Shown: piece after piece, positions 13,180-26,984 of the stretch | Layout of the letters: each line of letters begins with the position of its first letter | Numbering within the stretch: the first letter of the stretch is position 1 | Source of the DNA: Mobula hypostoma | Lineage: Eukaryota | Length of the DNA: 64,000 bases | Assembly: GCF_963921235.1 (NCBI RefSeq) | Contig: NC_086097.1 | Location: 94,986,001-95,050,000, forward strand | Direction: 5' to 3' | Position numbers and translations under genes: made by a program | Notes under the pieces: generated by a model | Databases searched by the model: none | Told to the model about the DNA's origin: nothing | Seen by the model: the letters and a program-made list of their open reading frames with translations, nothing else

Positions 13180-14450
13180 ATACTTCCTCTGTGTGAACAA
13201 GTTGTTATTCAGGTCCCTTTTAAATTTTTCCAATCACACCTTAAACCTATGCCTTCTAGTTTTCGATTCTCCACTCCCTGGGAAAAAGACTATGTGCATT
13301 CACCTCACCTATGCCCATCAAAGCATTTTATACTCCTCTAGAAGGTCTCCTACGCTCTAAGGAATAAAGTCCCAGTCTGCTCAAACTCTCCCTATAACTC
13401 ATGCCCTCAAGTCCTGGCAACATCCTCGTAAATTTCCTTCGTACTCGTTCCAATTTAATGACAACATTCCTATAAAAGGGTGAACAAATCTGTACACAAT
13501 TGTCCAGGTGCAGTCTCACCAATATCGTGTACAACTGCAATGAAAGGGCCCAATACTTAGTGCCCCGGTTGCTGAAGACTAGTGTGCCAAATGCCATCTT
13601 GACCAACCTGTCTATCTGGGTCCTCCTATTTTACAATTCTCCTCAGGGGTCAACCATTCACTGAGTGAACCTTGTTGTCATATTTGTGCCCACTCTGCAT
13701 TCTTTTGGTGAGCATTAGCTGCACGAGTGCCAGTGCCTTCATTGGCATACTGGCTTGGGCAAGTCACTGCAATATGCATACATCAGATGGCATTTTGGCT
13801 ACCTGTGAAATGAAGCTAGATTTCCCCTACTTTTGGTGCACCAAGTGGACAATGTATTTTACTAATCTGGGTGTCAGCAAGAAATTTCTAAATCTGGGAA
13901 TGCTGTGAGTTAAGAACTTTTCCAAAGAGTGGGGCTTGCAAAGAAAATGGGCACAAAATCTTGTCATTAAGCAACTTATTGTATAGCACAGGTCAGGTCC
14001 TTCAGCCCATGATGTTGTGCTGAACATATTAAAACAGTAATTAAGTGCTTAACTAAACTAATCCCTTCTGCCCATACGATGTCCATATTATTCAATTCTC
14101 TTGACATTCATGTGCCTACCTAAGAACCTTTTAAATGCCTCTATCATATCTGTCTACACTACGAGGCCTGGCAGCAAATTCTAGGAATCCACAACTCTCT
14201 GTTAAAAAAAAGTGTCCTGTACATCTCCTTTGAATTTACTCCCTCTAACCTTATATATATATGCCCTCAATTATTAGGCATTTCAACCTTGTGAAAAAGA
14301 TACCACCTATCTACTCTGTTTATGCTTCTCATAATCTTATTAAATTTCTATCAGGTCCCCCCTCAGCCTCCATGGCTCCAGAGAAAACAAACCAATTTGT
14401 CCAACCATTCCTCATAACACATCCTTAATCCAGGCAACATTCTGCAAAAC
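13180..14450 (-). mobile_element. Two old CR1 3' fragments (~13180-13665 and ~13980-14450)
   Basis: ORF 13328-13606 LVRLHLDNCVQ..LERVRRKFTRMLPGL; CR1-like tail sequence. Confidence 0.75.
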
Positions 14451-15309
14451 TTGTATTAATTCACAAAAGCAGACATAGAAAGCATTTTATCAATATAATT
14501 TCAAAGCAAGGTATCTATTTTACTTTTTATTACTTTGCTGTCTGAGTTATAAATTACCTCAATTTCTCTGGCGACTGCCAAATTCATTCAGTTTGATTAA
14601 TGGAAATTTATTTGACCACACAGAATTCAAAATCACTATCAAAAATTTTGGGATATGGAATAAAGATTTATGTGAAAAAAAAGTAAATGAATAAATACAA
14701 AGTTACTTTCTTCAACTCGCATTTATTTGAAAATTTTATCTTTTTGTGAGAAGATAACGCAAAGCCTCATCTTTTCATGTAAAGAAGATGAGGCTTTGCC
14801 TTACGGACTGTCTTACAGAAACACAACCCTCCTATAAAGCACTCACCCTCTCACCATTTTACACTTCTCCTTCCTTGCTTCCATTTCTGCCTCACTTTCT
14901 CTGTTCCAGTTACCCTTCTCCTCTCTTTCCCTTACAAAAGCTCCAGTTGATGGGGCACCTTGCTTTTTCATGATTTCTGGCCTGACATTGACTCCAAGAG
15001 ATCAGTTTGCTCTAAAAACAAATTAAATTAAGGGACACCAGTACCCAAAGCATCAAGCGAAGGGAGGATGGAGTGTAAGAGTAAAGGTAAAGGTCCCAAA
15101 CTTTGTGTTAACAAAGTCCAAGGCTATTGATTTGTTGACTTCTCAACCAGCTCTTGGGGCACCACAACTGACAAGTACGAAGGTGGAACAAATTAGAGAT
15201 CTCTGATTAATACTACACAAAATCACTGGCTCAGGTTCAGGTTTAACATCTGGAAGTAGGTTCTTCACCCTCCCAACTAGAAGTATACAACCTAAAGTCT
15301 CATCTCAAA

Positions 15310-16098
15310 TAACGATGAGTCGGAGTACAAGAAAGAGGTAGAGAGCCTAGTAGCATGGTATCCTTACAACATTCCTTCCCTGAATGTCACTGACTTCAGG
15401 AAGCCAGTTACATGCCCCTATTATATTAATATTAATATTACTGAGGTAGAGAAGGTTTAGAGCTTTAACTTCCTAGCCATAAACATCATCATTAGCTTGT
15501 CCTGACCCAAACGCATAGATGTAACAGCCAAGAAAGCTTACCAGCACCTCTACATTCTTAGATTACTGAGGAAATTCAGTATGCTTCCATTAACTTTCAC
15601 CACTTTTTATGGGTGCATCACTGAAAGCATCAAGGCTTGGTATGGCAACTGCTCTGCTCTGGAATGCAAGAGAGTACAGAGAATTGTAGACAGAGCTAAG
15701 TACATCACAGAAACTAGCCTCCTTTCCATGGACTCTCTCAATAAGGAGCCAACATAATCAAAGACCCCTCTCACCCTGGAAGTTCTCTCTTCTCTTCTTT
15801 TCCATTTGTCAGGAGATACAAAAGTCTGAAAGCATGTACCATAGGCACAAGACTATTAAAAAGTTCCCTAATATGGTACAATGGACACTTGACTTCACAA
15901 TCTGCCTCATTGTGATCTTCCATCTAATTGTCAACCTGCACTGCACTTTCCCTGTGGCTGTTGTACCTCACTCTGCATTCTGTTATTGTTTTACCTTGTA
16001 CTACCTCAATGCACTGTTGTAATGAATTGATCTTTATGAATGGTATTCAAGATTAGTTTTTCCTTGGTACATGTGACAATAATAAACCAATTCCAATA
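15310..16098 (+). mobile_element. Old Rex1/Babar-type LINE (RT C-terminus and tail)
   Basis: GATGAGTCGGAGTACAAGAAAGAGGTAGAG (DESEY..EV), AAGAAAGCTTACCAGCACCTCTAC; tail GACAATAATAAACCAATTCC. Confidence 0.7.
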
Positions 16099-16164
16099 AG
16101 GCTGTTTATTGTCTTCTGACAGAATGGCCACTTTGGCAAGACCTGGAGGATGTAAAACCACATT

Positions 16165-17540
16165 GATTTATTTATTTATGGAGTGTGTGAGTAACAAACA
16201 GCACAGAATAGGCCCCTCTGGCTCTTTGAGGCATGCTACCCAACAAGCCCTAATTTAATCTAGCCTGTTCACGGGACAATTTACAATTATCAGTTAACCT
16301 ACCACCTTTGGGCTGTGGGAGGAAACTGGAGCACCTGGAGGTCACGGGGAAAACATGCAAACTCCTTACAGGCTTATTCAGAAAGTTAGAAGGCATGGGA
16401 TCCAGGGGAGTTTGGCCAGGTGGATTCAGAATTGGCTTGCCTGCAGAAGGCAGAGGGTGGTGGTGGAGGGAGTACATTCAGATTGGAGGATTGCGACTAG
16501 TGGTGTCCCACAAGGATCTGTTCTGGGACCTCTACTTTTCGTGATTTTTATTAACGACCTGGATGTGGGCGTAGAAGGGTGGGTTGGCAAGTTTGCAGAC
16601 GACACAGAGGTTGGTGGTGTTGTAGATAGTGTAGAGGATTGTCACAGATTGCAGAGAGATATTGATAGGATGCAGGAGTGGGCTGAGAAGTGGCAGATGG
16701 AGTTCAACCCGGAGAAGTGTGAGGTGGTACACTTTGGAAGGACAAAGTAAATGGCAGGATACTTGGTAGTGTGGAGGAGCAGAGGGATCTCGGGGTGCAT
16801 GTCCACAGATCCCTGAAAATTGCCTCACAGGTGGATAGGGTAGTTAAGAAAGCTTAAGGGGTGTTAGCTTTCATAAGTCGAGGGATAGAGTTTAAGAGTC
16901 GCGATGTAATGATGCAGCTCTATAAAATTCTGGTTAGGCCACACTTGGAGTACTGTGTCCAGTTCTGGTCACCTCACTATAGGAAGGATGTGGAAGCATT
17001 GGAAAGAGTACAGAGGAGATTTACCAGGATGCTGCCTGGTTTAGAAAGTATGCATTATGATCAGAGATTAAGGGAGCTAGGGGTTTACTCTTTGGAGAGA
17101 AGGAGGATGAGAGGAGACATGATAGAGGTGTACAAGATAATAAGAGGAATAGATAGAGTGGATAGCCAGCGCCTCTTCCCCAGGGCACTACTGCTCAATA
17201 CAAGAGGACATGGCTTTAAGGTAAGGAGTGGGAAGTTCAAGGGGGATATTAGAGGAAGGTTTTTTACTCAGAGAGTGGTTGGTGTGTGGAATGCACTGCC
17301 TGAGTCAGTGGTGGAAGCAGATACACTAGTGAAGTTTAAGAGACTACTAGACAGGTATATGGAGGAATTTAAGGTGGGGGCTTATATGGGAGGCAGGGTT
17401 TGAGGGTCGGCACAACATTGTGGGCCGAAGGGCCTGTACTGTGCTGTACTATTCTATGTTCTATGTTCTATTGGCTGGAATTGAACCTGGGTTGTCTGTA
17501 CTATAAAGCATTGTACTAACTATTATGCTACTGTGCTGCC
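16165..17540 (-). mobile_element. HE1/V-SINE-type SINE split by a CR1 insertion (16165-16370 and 17471-17540)
   Basis: SINE core breaks at ...CAAACTCCTTACA and resumes TTGGCTGGAATTGAACCTGGG (tRNA B-box-like, antisense) after the CR1 tail. Confidence 0.75.
16371..17470 (+). mobile_element. Young CR1 LINE, 5'-truncated
   Basis: ORFs 16355-16750 and 16861-17403 (GVPQGSVLGP, KFADD, HLEYCVQFW); (TTCTATG)n tail. Confidence 0.95.
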
Positions 17541-18307
17541 TAAACCTGGAGTCACCATCCTCCTAAGAGAGGAGATGACAGCAAGAGGAATAAGCATTCT
17601 CACTTTTCAGTCCACTCTTTTATTGCGGCTGTTGCTAATCATATCCATCATTCATTTTATCTCTGTTCACTTATGCCACAATGGAAGTTTATCTGATGAA
17701 TACAAAGATATTATTTCTTGCAAGATTAATCACTCTGTTATTTACTTATGCAGAAGCAAATACATTCTGACAAAGGGTGTTCAGGTTTGATTTTTACTTG
17801 TTTCTCTTTTCACAGATGCTGCTTGACTTGTTCAGAGTTTCTAGCATTTTCAGTTTGTATTCTCAACTTACCTAATTGTTGAATGAGTGAAAGATAGTGG
17901 AAAGGCGGGCAGCCAGATTAATAGAGAAACCAACCTAATCCTCACCCAAGTTCCTGCATGAGATCTCAATAAAAGCTGCAGGTCATCCTCAGGTTACGAC
18001 AAGGTTCCAATTTAGTGAACTGTTCATAACCCAAATAGTTGCAAGTTGGAAGTCTGGCTGTGATCTGAGTTCCTTCTGAGCAGAAGATGTCTGCAACTCC
18101 AAACCCAGCAGCAAATCCATTCTGCTAGTCTCCCAAACACTTAGTTGAATGTATGGTCTGTACATAAGTCAGGCATTCATAACCTATGCACATTACTTCT
18201 GGAATCACAAAAATTGCCAAGGGGAGTAACATTGTGATATCCTCTTAGGATAAGCCTTTTCGAGACAAGAATAGCGAATAGATTCTAGTACTAGCATTGA
18301 TGTACTA

Positions 18308-18897
18308 ACAACACACATAAAAGTTGCTGGTGAACGCAGCAGGCCAGGCAGCATCTCTAGGAAGAGGTGCAGTCGACGTTTCAGGCCGAGACCCTTTGTC
18401 AGGACTAACTGAAGGAAGAGTGAGTAAGGGATTTGAAAGTTGGAGGGGGAGGGGGAGATCCAAAATGATAGGAGAAGACAGGAGGGGGAGGGATATAGCC
18501 AAGAGCTGGACAGGTGATAGGCAAAAGGGATACGAGAGGATCATGGGACAGGAGGTCCGGGAAGAAAGACGGGGGGGGGGGACCCAGAGGATGGGCAAGG
18601 GGTATATTCAGAGGAACAGAGGGAGAAAAAGGAGAGTGAGAGAAAGAATGTGTGTATAAAAATAAGTAACAGATAGGGTACGAGGGGGAGGTGGGGCCTT
18701 AGCGGAAGTTAGAGAAGTCGATGTTCATGCCATCAGGTTGGAGGCTACCCAGATGGAATATAAGGTGTTGTTCCTCCAACCTGAGTGTGGCTTCATCTTT
18801 ACAGTAGAGGAGGCCGTGGAGAGACACGTCAGAATGGGAATGGGATGTGGAATTAAAATGTGTGGCCACTGGGAGATCCTGCTTTCTCTGGCGGACA
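18308..18897 (-). mobile_element. Penelope-like element 3' part (GIY-YIG C-terminus and terminus with hammerhead motif)
   Basis: Minus frame DLPVATHFNS...EATLRLEEQHLIFHLGSLQPDGMNIDF matches the copy at 38809; hammerhead-like motif at 18370-18406 (core variant CTGACAA). Confidence 0.88.
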
Positions 18898-19328
18898 GAG
18901 CTTCCCCACCATGGGTCGTATCTACAGGAGATGCTGTCTCAAGAAGACAGCATGTATCATCAAAGATCCCAACCAAACAGGCTATGCCATCTTCTCGCAG
19001 CTACCATCAGGCAGGAGGTAGAGAAGCCTTAAGTCTCACAACACCAGGTTCACGAATAGCTGTTTACCCTTCAACTATCCTGCTCTTGAACCAATCTGCA
19101 CCACCCTAATCAGTACCTCAGTATAGCAATACTATGATCACTTTGTACAACAATGGAGTATTTTTTTGTTGTGATTGCATTCTTTCTTATAAACAAAATG
19201 TATAATTTATGTTTATGTTTTCTTGTGAACTTACACTACACGCCAATAATTTTGCTGCAGCTATAATTTTCATTGCACCCATACGTACGTATCCTTGTGC
19301 AGATGATAGTGAACTCAATTCCGACTTT
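18898..19328 (+). mobile_element. Old Rex1/Babar-type 3' fragment
   Basis: ATCATCAAAGATCCC...CCATCAGGCAGGAGGTA...AATAGCTGTTTACCC (IIKDP..PSGRR..NS). Confidence 0.65.
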
Positions 19329-19645
19329 GGTTGGTGGTATGGAGTTGGGAACTGTGAGGTCTTTACTGCAATCAGTATCGCTTTCAGGTAAAAGATGGAA
19401 ATGTTGGTGCAGAATCTAATTTGCAGTCAGTGATGATTTACAGTACAAGTACAAGTGATATTCTGAGCCAATGTCTGTTGCACAGGGAATGGCCACAATG
19501 TACATCATGTCAGGCAATCCAGCGCAACTTACGCTGAGGTGGCCAGTCAAAAATCCAGAATGGCGTGGATTGGTCATTAATGTCCAGTCAGTCCATGCTG
19601 AAATATATAGACTCTTGTGGTTGAAATTGTAGATCTATGAAATTT

Positions 19646-19651
19646 TTTATT
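19646..19651 (-). promoter_or_regulatory. Candidate polyadenylation signal AATAAA of the minus-strand host gene
   Basis: TTTATT on the + strand, ~210 nt downstream of the stop at 19861. Confidence 0.4.
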
Positions 19652-19860
19652 CAATCCAGTATGGTTAATAAATGTTTAAAAATTTTCGATCAGACTTGCA
19701 GCATCTTGTGACCTATATTTTTTGTTATTAATTCAAACGATGCCATCTGGAGAGTATGAACAAGCTATATTTCAAATGAATTCCTTTCCTTTGTGCAAGC
19801 ATTATCTGTGGCTCACACCCATCCCACGCAGTAACGAAGCAGGCAGATTACATTCTTTTC

Positions 19861-19954
19861 CTAGCAGTGCAGACTGTGCCATGTATCCGGGAATAGCATG
19901 GTCAACTGCTCAAGCGCTGGGATTCCTGAGGGCAATGCAAACCTCCTCTGCAAG
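19861..19954 (-). CDS. Candidate terminal coding exon of an unidentified host gene: (R)LQRRFALPSGIPALEQLTMLFPDTWHSLHC*
   Basis: Non-repetitive sequence; acceptor CTGTCTCTTCATGTTTCTTAAG; phase matches exon 31869-31930 (CG|C = Arg); TAG stop then AATAAA. Confidence 0.6.
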
Positions 19955-20317
19955 CTTAAGAAACATGAAGAGACAGCAGAAGGCCTCACGCTAAGTTCTC
20001 ATCAATGCCCTTCACTGCAGCCCTTCGTTGACTCCATCTACAACCTCCCAGCTTCTGTCTCTATTTTCACACTTCCCTCCTCCATTTGTCTATCACCCCT
20101 CTTCAAGTCTAGTCAAGGACATTATTGTTTACAGAAAAGTGCACAAGTATGGTGAGGTATAGTACAGTGAAATATACTACACTCGCTTGCGTCAGCATCA
20201 CAAGCATGTGCTCCACCCTCCCCCCCACCTCTTCAGTTTTGATCTCCAGTTCTGATGAAAGGTCCTGAATTGAAATGATGTCTGTCCATTCCCCTCCAGA
20301 GATTTTGCCTCTAGCAG

Positions 20318-20394
20318 TTTGTTTCTCGCTCTCTCTCTCCTTTGTTTCTCGCTCTCTCTCTCCTTTGTTTCTCGCTCTCTCTCTCCTTTGTTTC
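20318..20394 (+). repeat. Perfect 23-bp tandem repeat (TTTGTTTCTCGCTCTCTCTCTCC) x3.3
   Basis: Read directly. Confidence 0.95.
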
Positions 20395-20889
20395 ACATAC
20401 AAACTAAAGCCAATGTAGGGTTAATTTGAACTTCCACCCTTTATGAATTTTGCAGACCATCATTTTGGAAAAGGAGCTTGACTAAGTTAGTTTACTGATG
20501 ATCTCCCATCTTGACTAATTCCAAAATTCTGAAATGGGTGTTCATCATGATGGGTTATCCCAGTTTTGATCAACTCATGATGGTTTTCACATTTCTACTA
20601 TAATTCTACTGAAAAACTCACACCCTATTATTCCAGCTGGTAATTGCCTCATCTGTGCACTGTCAAGAATAAAAGGGGCAGATTTAATTGCATCGTATGA
20701 ACATCATCAAATCTGAATAGACACAGCCAATCTCCAGATCCTTTCAACACCATTTAACTTCTCTTCAGCATTATCACTAACAAATCCAACTAAGTCTCTT
20801 CCTACCATCTTCCCTCAGGGCCTCTCAGAGAGAATCTCACCCATGGAATTCACCTCTCATTCATGTGATATTTCTAGCATACATGTGAG

Positions 20890-21027
20890 CATGCGTGTGC
20901 GTGTGTGTGTTTGTGTGAAGGGAGAAGACAGAGGGAGGGATGGAGAAGGAGAGAGAGGGAGGGATGGAGAAGGGAAGAAAGGGATGGAGAGAGAGAAAGG
21001 AAGGAAGGGATGGAGGAGGGCAGGGGG

Positions 21028-21080
<53 letters not shown>
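20890..21080 (+). repeat. (GT)n, purine-rich tract and (GA)n microsatellite
   Basis: Read directly; (GA)n at ~21032-21079. Confidence 0.95.
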
Positions 21081-21085
<5 letters not shown>

Positions 21086-21329
21086 TTTGGCCCACACTAC
21101 CATGCCATGTCTCAGAACAATCATAACAATCGTATTCCCCCACTTATTCTCAGCAGCTTGAGTCTGCCAAGTTTCCATTCTCAGTAAGCACACTCACATT
21201 TCCCCCGCTAGGAGGTTCTGTCATCTCCCATTAAATATGCTGCATTCACCACTCTCCTCACACCATCCTTTGTCCTTCTATTTTTTAAGCTGCAAATAGT
21301 CGAACTTACTTCCATCTCCAACTTTTTGC

Positions 21330-22200
21330 TTCAATAGTCTGTGTGATTGTAGTGGAGCACACCATCTCCCTCCAATGCCCCTCTTCTGCTGTGGAGTAAG
21401 CTAAGTGAAGTAGCTCTTGTTTGCCTGCCTTCTCATTAATCACATTTCAGCATAAGCATCTCCCAGAATAATCTTTCTTCTCGCTCCTGCACATTTTTCC
21501 AACTTAGTTCTTACCCCTTTCTTCTCTTTATCCACTATCTATCCATTACTATTCATCAGCAACGTCATGAATACAGGATACGTTTCTACGTGGATGCTGA
21601 CCACTTCATTCTTGACCATCATCAACCTCCCTTTCTCTCTTTGATGTCACTCATATCTCCAACATCAAATCATGGAAAAACTGAATGCATAAAATGCCCT
21701 ATCACTTTCACCAATTCTGTCCTCTCCCCTGTCACAAACTCCAGTCTCATTTCCACTCATTTGGCAACCACTCACTGGCTTAAACTGGTTCTTGGCTGGA
21801 CAAACATCCAACTGGCTACAGATGTAGACTATCACAAGGACTGCTACATCTTTACCACCATCTTGGCCATGTGAAGTTCTGCAGATCAGTGTCCTTGTCA
21901 CCTCCAACTTTGATGACCAGCCCCCTATTTTCTACCCACCGTAATCTTTAATTCACTGCCGTTTTCATCTTTGTTCTATATGTTTTCCTCTCAGTGATTA
22001 TCGCTGCCCTCAGTGATCCATACTGAAGCCCAGTCAGTTAATGCATTATATTTGAAATTCCCATGTTTGTCACTCTCTCCTCCTCTGTAGCCTACTAGCT
22101 ATACAACCCATCCTCAAAATTGTTGCTCCTCTCACCCTGTCTATTTGCGTACCACGCCCGTTGCCACGTCGTCCACTAACCCTTTCCACATAACCAACAA
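21330..22200 (+). mobile_element. Ancient L2-like LINE fragment
   Basis: Degenerate YADD-like stretch TTTCTACGTGGATGCTGAC, ATCAAATCATGG, CACTGGCT motifs; pyrimidine-rich strand bias. Confidence 0.45.
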
Positions 22201-22364
22201 CCTAGGTCCCATGCTTCAGAAATCTTTATTACATTTCCAGGAACATGGGGACAGGGGTCGGACAATCAGCTCCTGGAGTGTTCTCCATCATTCAGTTAGG
22301 TGGTGCAACCTTACTCGCAACAGTGGTGAGCAGAGCAAACCATTAAGAGCAATTTTAAGGCTCC

Positions 22365-22866
22365 TGGCTATAAAAAAGATGCACTGGCACTGGAGAGGGT
22401 CAACAGGAGCTTCACTAGATTGACCTGGGAGTGAAGTACTAGGTATGTGAGGAGCAGCTGCTATCTCTGGGCCTGTAGCCAAAGGAGTTCAGAAGGATGA
22501 GAGGAGGCCTCAATGAAACCTACTGGATATTGAAAGGCTTAGATTGAGTGGATGTAGTGAGGATGCTTCCAATAGCAGGCGAGTCTAGGACTGAAGGCAT
22601 AGCCTCAGAGTAAAGGGCTGTCCCTTTAAAACTGAGATGAGGAAGAATTTCTTCAGCCATAGGGTGGTATGTTGCCACACAGAGCTGCAGAGGCAAGTCT
22701 TTGGGTGTATATAAGGCAGAGATTGACAGGTTCTTGATTGGTCAGGGGGTGAAGAGTTACAGGAGAAGGCCTGAAAATGGTATTGAAAAAGGATTAGTCA
22801 TGATTGAATGGCAGAGTAGGCTTGATAGGCCAACTGGCCTAATTCTACCGCTATATCTTATGGTCC
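22365..22866 (+). mobile_element. CR1 3' fragment
   Basis: GGCACTGGAGAGGGTCAACAGGAG...GAGATGAGGAAGAATTTCTTCAGCC...TCTTATGGTC. Confidence 0.8.
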
Positions 22867-23999
22867 GCTGGTCTGACAGTTTCCATGATCCTACATCCTT
22901 ATAGCAGAAATGTCACAAGTTGTGTGAAAAAGTGAGGAATTTCCTTCCTGAATGAAATGAGTTGCTGGGAATACTCATGCCCTTGTCGGCTCTGTGTCCT
23001 GTTTGGGCATTAACAGAATTTTTAATTTTGACTTCAGATACCTGAAACACTACTTCCCTCCTGAATGGCCTGCTTCTGGTTTTAAATAGCATCCCATCGT
23101 TGGAGATTTCCCCACCCCCAGGAACAAGCATTTCCTACAAATCTTAACTGCATATCTTGACAAACTGAATTAAATCAATTGCTTATAATGCAGGAAATAT
23201 GAGAAGATCTTATAGGATCTCTCCTCATCGATTAATCCGTACACCGCTGATGAATCTGCAAGGTACTCCTTCCAAGACCAGGACGTCTTTTCCAAAATGT
23301 TGTACCCAGAACTGTATGCAAGAACAAAACATGTGGCCTAGAGTGAGCTTTATATAGCTGTAGCAAAATATTTTATTGCTTTCTATACACGAACCCTACA
23401 ATTGCTTTGGTCTGCATTACTCATGGCTTTTCACCACTTAAATAATACGCTGCTCACTCTGTTTAGATTCAAAATGGATGACCTCACAATCAGCTGAGGT
23501 GAAATCCATCTGTTACAGTTTTGCCAACTCACCTAATCAATCAATGTCACTTTATAATTTAACATTCCCCTCAACGCGATACCAGCAATTATCTGTTTCA
23601 CCAGCAAGCCTAGTGCAAGGCTCTCTGCTGTATTTTGTGTAATCCCACCCTTTATGTTTTTGCCAGTCAATAATTTGCCTTCAATTTCATGAGTTGCTTC
23701 CTATATGGAACTATATCAAATGTTTCCTGGAAGCCCACATCAACAATTTATGACTTAAGTTTGCTCCACAAAGCACTGAGCTGGATTCATTAAACATCAC
23801 CTACCCTCAGTAATTCCACATTGGCTTGCACTGCTCACCTTAAATTTCTCAAAGAGCTCAGCCAGTCTGTTTTTAATTATATTCGCCATTGGTTTTCCCA
23901 CAACAGCAGTTCTATAATATTTGGGTTTCCCTATCGCAATTTTCTCAACTGCTTTCCTTCAGGACACTCCTCAAAACCTTCTTGCCTTAGGAGTTGGTT

Positions 24000-26760
24000 A
24001 AACATAGAATATACAGCGCTGGTCAGGCCATTTGGCCCAAAGTCCTCCTCATGCATATCATCCCTATCCCTCCAGTCTCTTCATATTTATATCAAAAACC
24101 CTCTGAAAGTCTACCAAACTGGCTGCTTCCACTGGTAACCTTGGTAACTCATTCCTGGAACCTACTACTCTGTGTTAAAAACTTGCCACTCACAACCCCC
24201 TTAAACTCTCCCCCCCCCCCGCCCCCAGCCCACCAACCTTAAAAGCATGCTCTGGTGTTTGACATTCCCAACCTGGGGAAAAGACACTGGAGCAGAATTA
24301 AGCCATTCGGCCCATCAAGTCTGCTCCATCATGGCAGATTTATTATCCTTTTTAACACCATTCTACTGCTTTCTCCCTATAACCTTTGTTTCCCTGACTA
24401 ATCAAGAACCTATCAACCTTTGCTTTAAACTTTTCTAATGGCTTGGTCTTCACAGCTGTCTGTGGCAATGAATTCCATAGATTCACCACCCTCTGGCTAA
24501 AGAAATTCTTCCTCATGTCTATTCTAAATGGACATCCCTCTACTTTGAGGCTCTAGCCTTTGATTCTAGACTCACTCATTTTTGGCAAGCGGGCATATGC
24601 AGCCTCAGCCCAATCTCTATCCAGCTAACAGGAAGCACTTACCACTCATTTCCATATTATTACCTGAAGCCTAATTAAACCCAGCCCTCACACTGATCGG
24701 AAATGTAGAGAAGGCTTGACCCAAAAGCAGAGTAGCTGAGATGACTCAGCAGCAAGCAGTACTGTTAATAATTAACTGTAAAATAACAAGCCACGAGGGC
24801 TGCAGAAACAAGAGAGAACAGATCCTACAGTCACAGGTAACAAGTTAACTGAAGGCTAGGAGCAACTGGTTGAGGCTGGCTGGTTCAAATGAGTGAACAA
24901 AGATTGTGGATAAGAGCTAGGTTCAAATAGGCTTCAGGTGATGAGTGGCAAGTGACTCCTGTTAACTTGATAAAGGCTAGGAGGAACCTGTATGTGCAGG
25001 CCTGACAACTCCATCCAGGTGTTTCAATATTCAAAAGGTTTCAATGAGAGCCCCACCCCCCCCCATTCTTCTAAACTCCAGTGAGTACTGCCCAGAGCCT
25101 TAAACTCTTCTCATACATGAACCCTTTCATTCCCAGAATCATTTTTGTGAACCACCACTGGACCAACTCCAATGCCAGAACATCCTTTCTTAGATAAAGA
25201 GCCCAAAACTGTTCACAATATTCCAACTGCGGTTCACCAATACATTATAAAGCATCAGCATCACATCCCTACTCTTATATTCTAGTCCTTTCGAAATGAA
25301 TGGTAACATTGCAGTTGCCTTCCTTACCACCAACTCAACCTGCATATTAACTTTCAGGTAATCCTGCATGAGGATTTCTAAATCCCTTTTCACCTCTGAT
25401 TTTTACCTTTTCTCACCATTTAGAAAATAGTCTATGCTGTTATTCCTTCTACCAAAGTGCATGATCATACACTTCTCTAGATTATATTCCCTCTGCTACT
25501 TCTTTGCCCATTCTCCCAATCTGGCTAAGTCCTTCTCAACACTCCCTGCTTCCTCAACACTAACTATTCCTCCATTTAACTTTGTATCATCTGCAAACTT
25601 GGCCACTAAGTCTTCAATTCCATAATTAAACCTGTGGACCTACTATTTGAAAAGAAGTGGACACAATACCAATTGCTGTGGAACGCGGCCAACTAGAATG
25701 GGCTTCCTTTATTCTCACTCTGCCTCCTGCCAGTTAGCCAATCTTCTATCCTGCTAGTATCTTTCCTGTAATACCATGGGCTCTTATCTTGTTAAGCAGC
25801 ATCATCGGTGGCACTTTGTCAAAGATCTTCTGAAAATCCAAGTAAACAACATCTATTGACTCTCCTTTGTCTACCCTGCCTGTTATTTCCTCAAAGAATC
25901 CCAACATATATGTCAGGCAAGATGTTCCTTTAAGGAAACCATGCTGATTTTGACCTACTTTATCAGGTCTCTCCAAGTACCCTGAAACATCATCCTCGAT
26001 AATGGACTCCAACATCTTCCTAACCACTGACATTGGGCTAATGAGGCTATAATTTCCTTCCTTCTGCCTCCCTCCCTTCTGAACTGCAATTTTGCCCTAT
26101 TATCTGCTTGTCCATCCTCATAGTCTTACCACACAATGCATTGACTTTTATACCAACTGCCCCATCCTCAGCCCCTTCACTCAAGTTCTCATTCCCCTGC
26201 CAAATTAGTTTAAACCTTTCCCAACAGCTCTAGCAAACCTGCCGGCAAGGATATTGGCCCCCCTTGGGTTCAGATGTAATTTGTTCTTTCTGTACAGATC
26301 ATACCTTCCCCAGAAGAGATCCCAATGATCCAGAAATCTGAAACCTTTCCCCCTACCACTCCCTCAGGCATTCATTCATCTGTATTATCATCCTATTCCT
26401 GCCTTGAGTAGCATGTAGGATGGGTGTAATCCAAGGACTATTAACTTGGAGGTCCTTCTCTTCAGCCTCTTTGCTAACTCCCTACACTCACTGCGCAGGA
26501 TCTCTTCCCCCTTTCTACCTATGTCATTAGCTTGAAAGTGCCCCACAACCTCTGGCTGCTCACCCTCCTTCTTGAGAATCTTCTGCAGCAACTCTGGGTC
26601 ATCCTGGATCCTAGCACCTGTGAGGCAACACACCATCCTGGTATCTCTTTCACAGCCACAGAATCTTTTGTCCATCCCCCTAACTATCGAGTCTCCTAAC
26701 ACTATTGCTCTGCGTAATGTTACCCTTCCCTGCTGAGCCTCAGAGGCAGTCACAGCTCTC
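24000..26760 (-). mobile_element. CR1 cluster: 3' tails plus an internally deleted copy retaining ORF1 esterase and RT
   Basis: ORF 26388-26765 IVLGDSIVRG; 25746-26033 QHGFLKG; 25190-25393; the APE domain is missing between ~26080 and ~26100. Confidence 0.85.
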
Positions 26761-26984
26761 ACCAAACCCTGGCCACTCTAACACTGTCCATTCCAACATG
26801 GCCCCTCCACTTACACCTCGCTTCTTTTTGTCAGCTGCTGCCAAGTCCCTAAGAGACCATTATGACAGCAACCCACTGAAAAGTTCCGAAAGTCCCCAAG
26901 GTCTTTTTCGTACTGCCTCACCAACAGACAACTTTTCGTGATGACTGCAGCTCAACAAAGGCACATCTTTTGCTAGTCTCTAGT

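Noticed and set aside
17979..18195. Tigger-like MITE start CAGGTCATCCTCAGGTTACG
   Set aside because: Right TIR and TA TSD too degraded to confirm.
20843..21193. ORFs with RERERE/LSLSLS runs
   Set aside because: Translations of the GA microsatellite.
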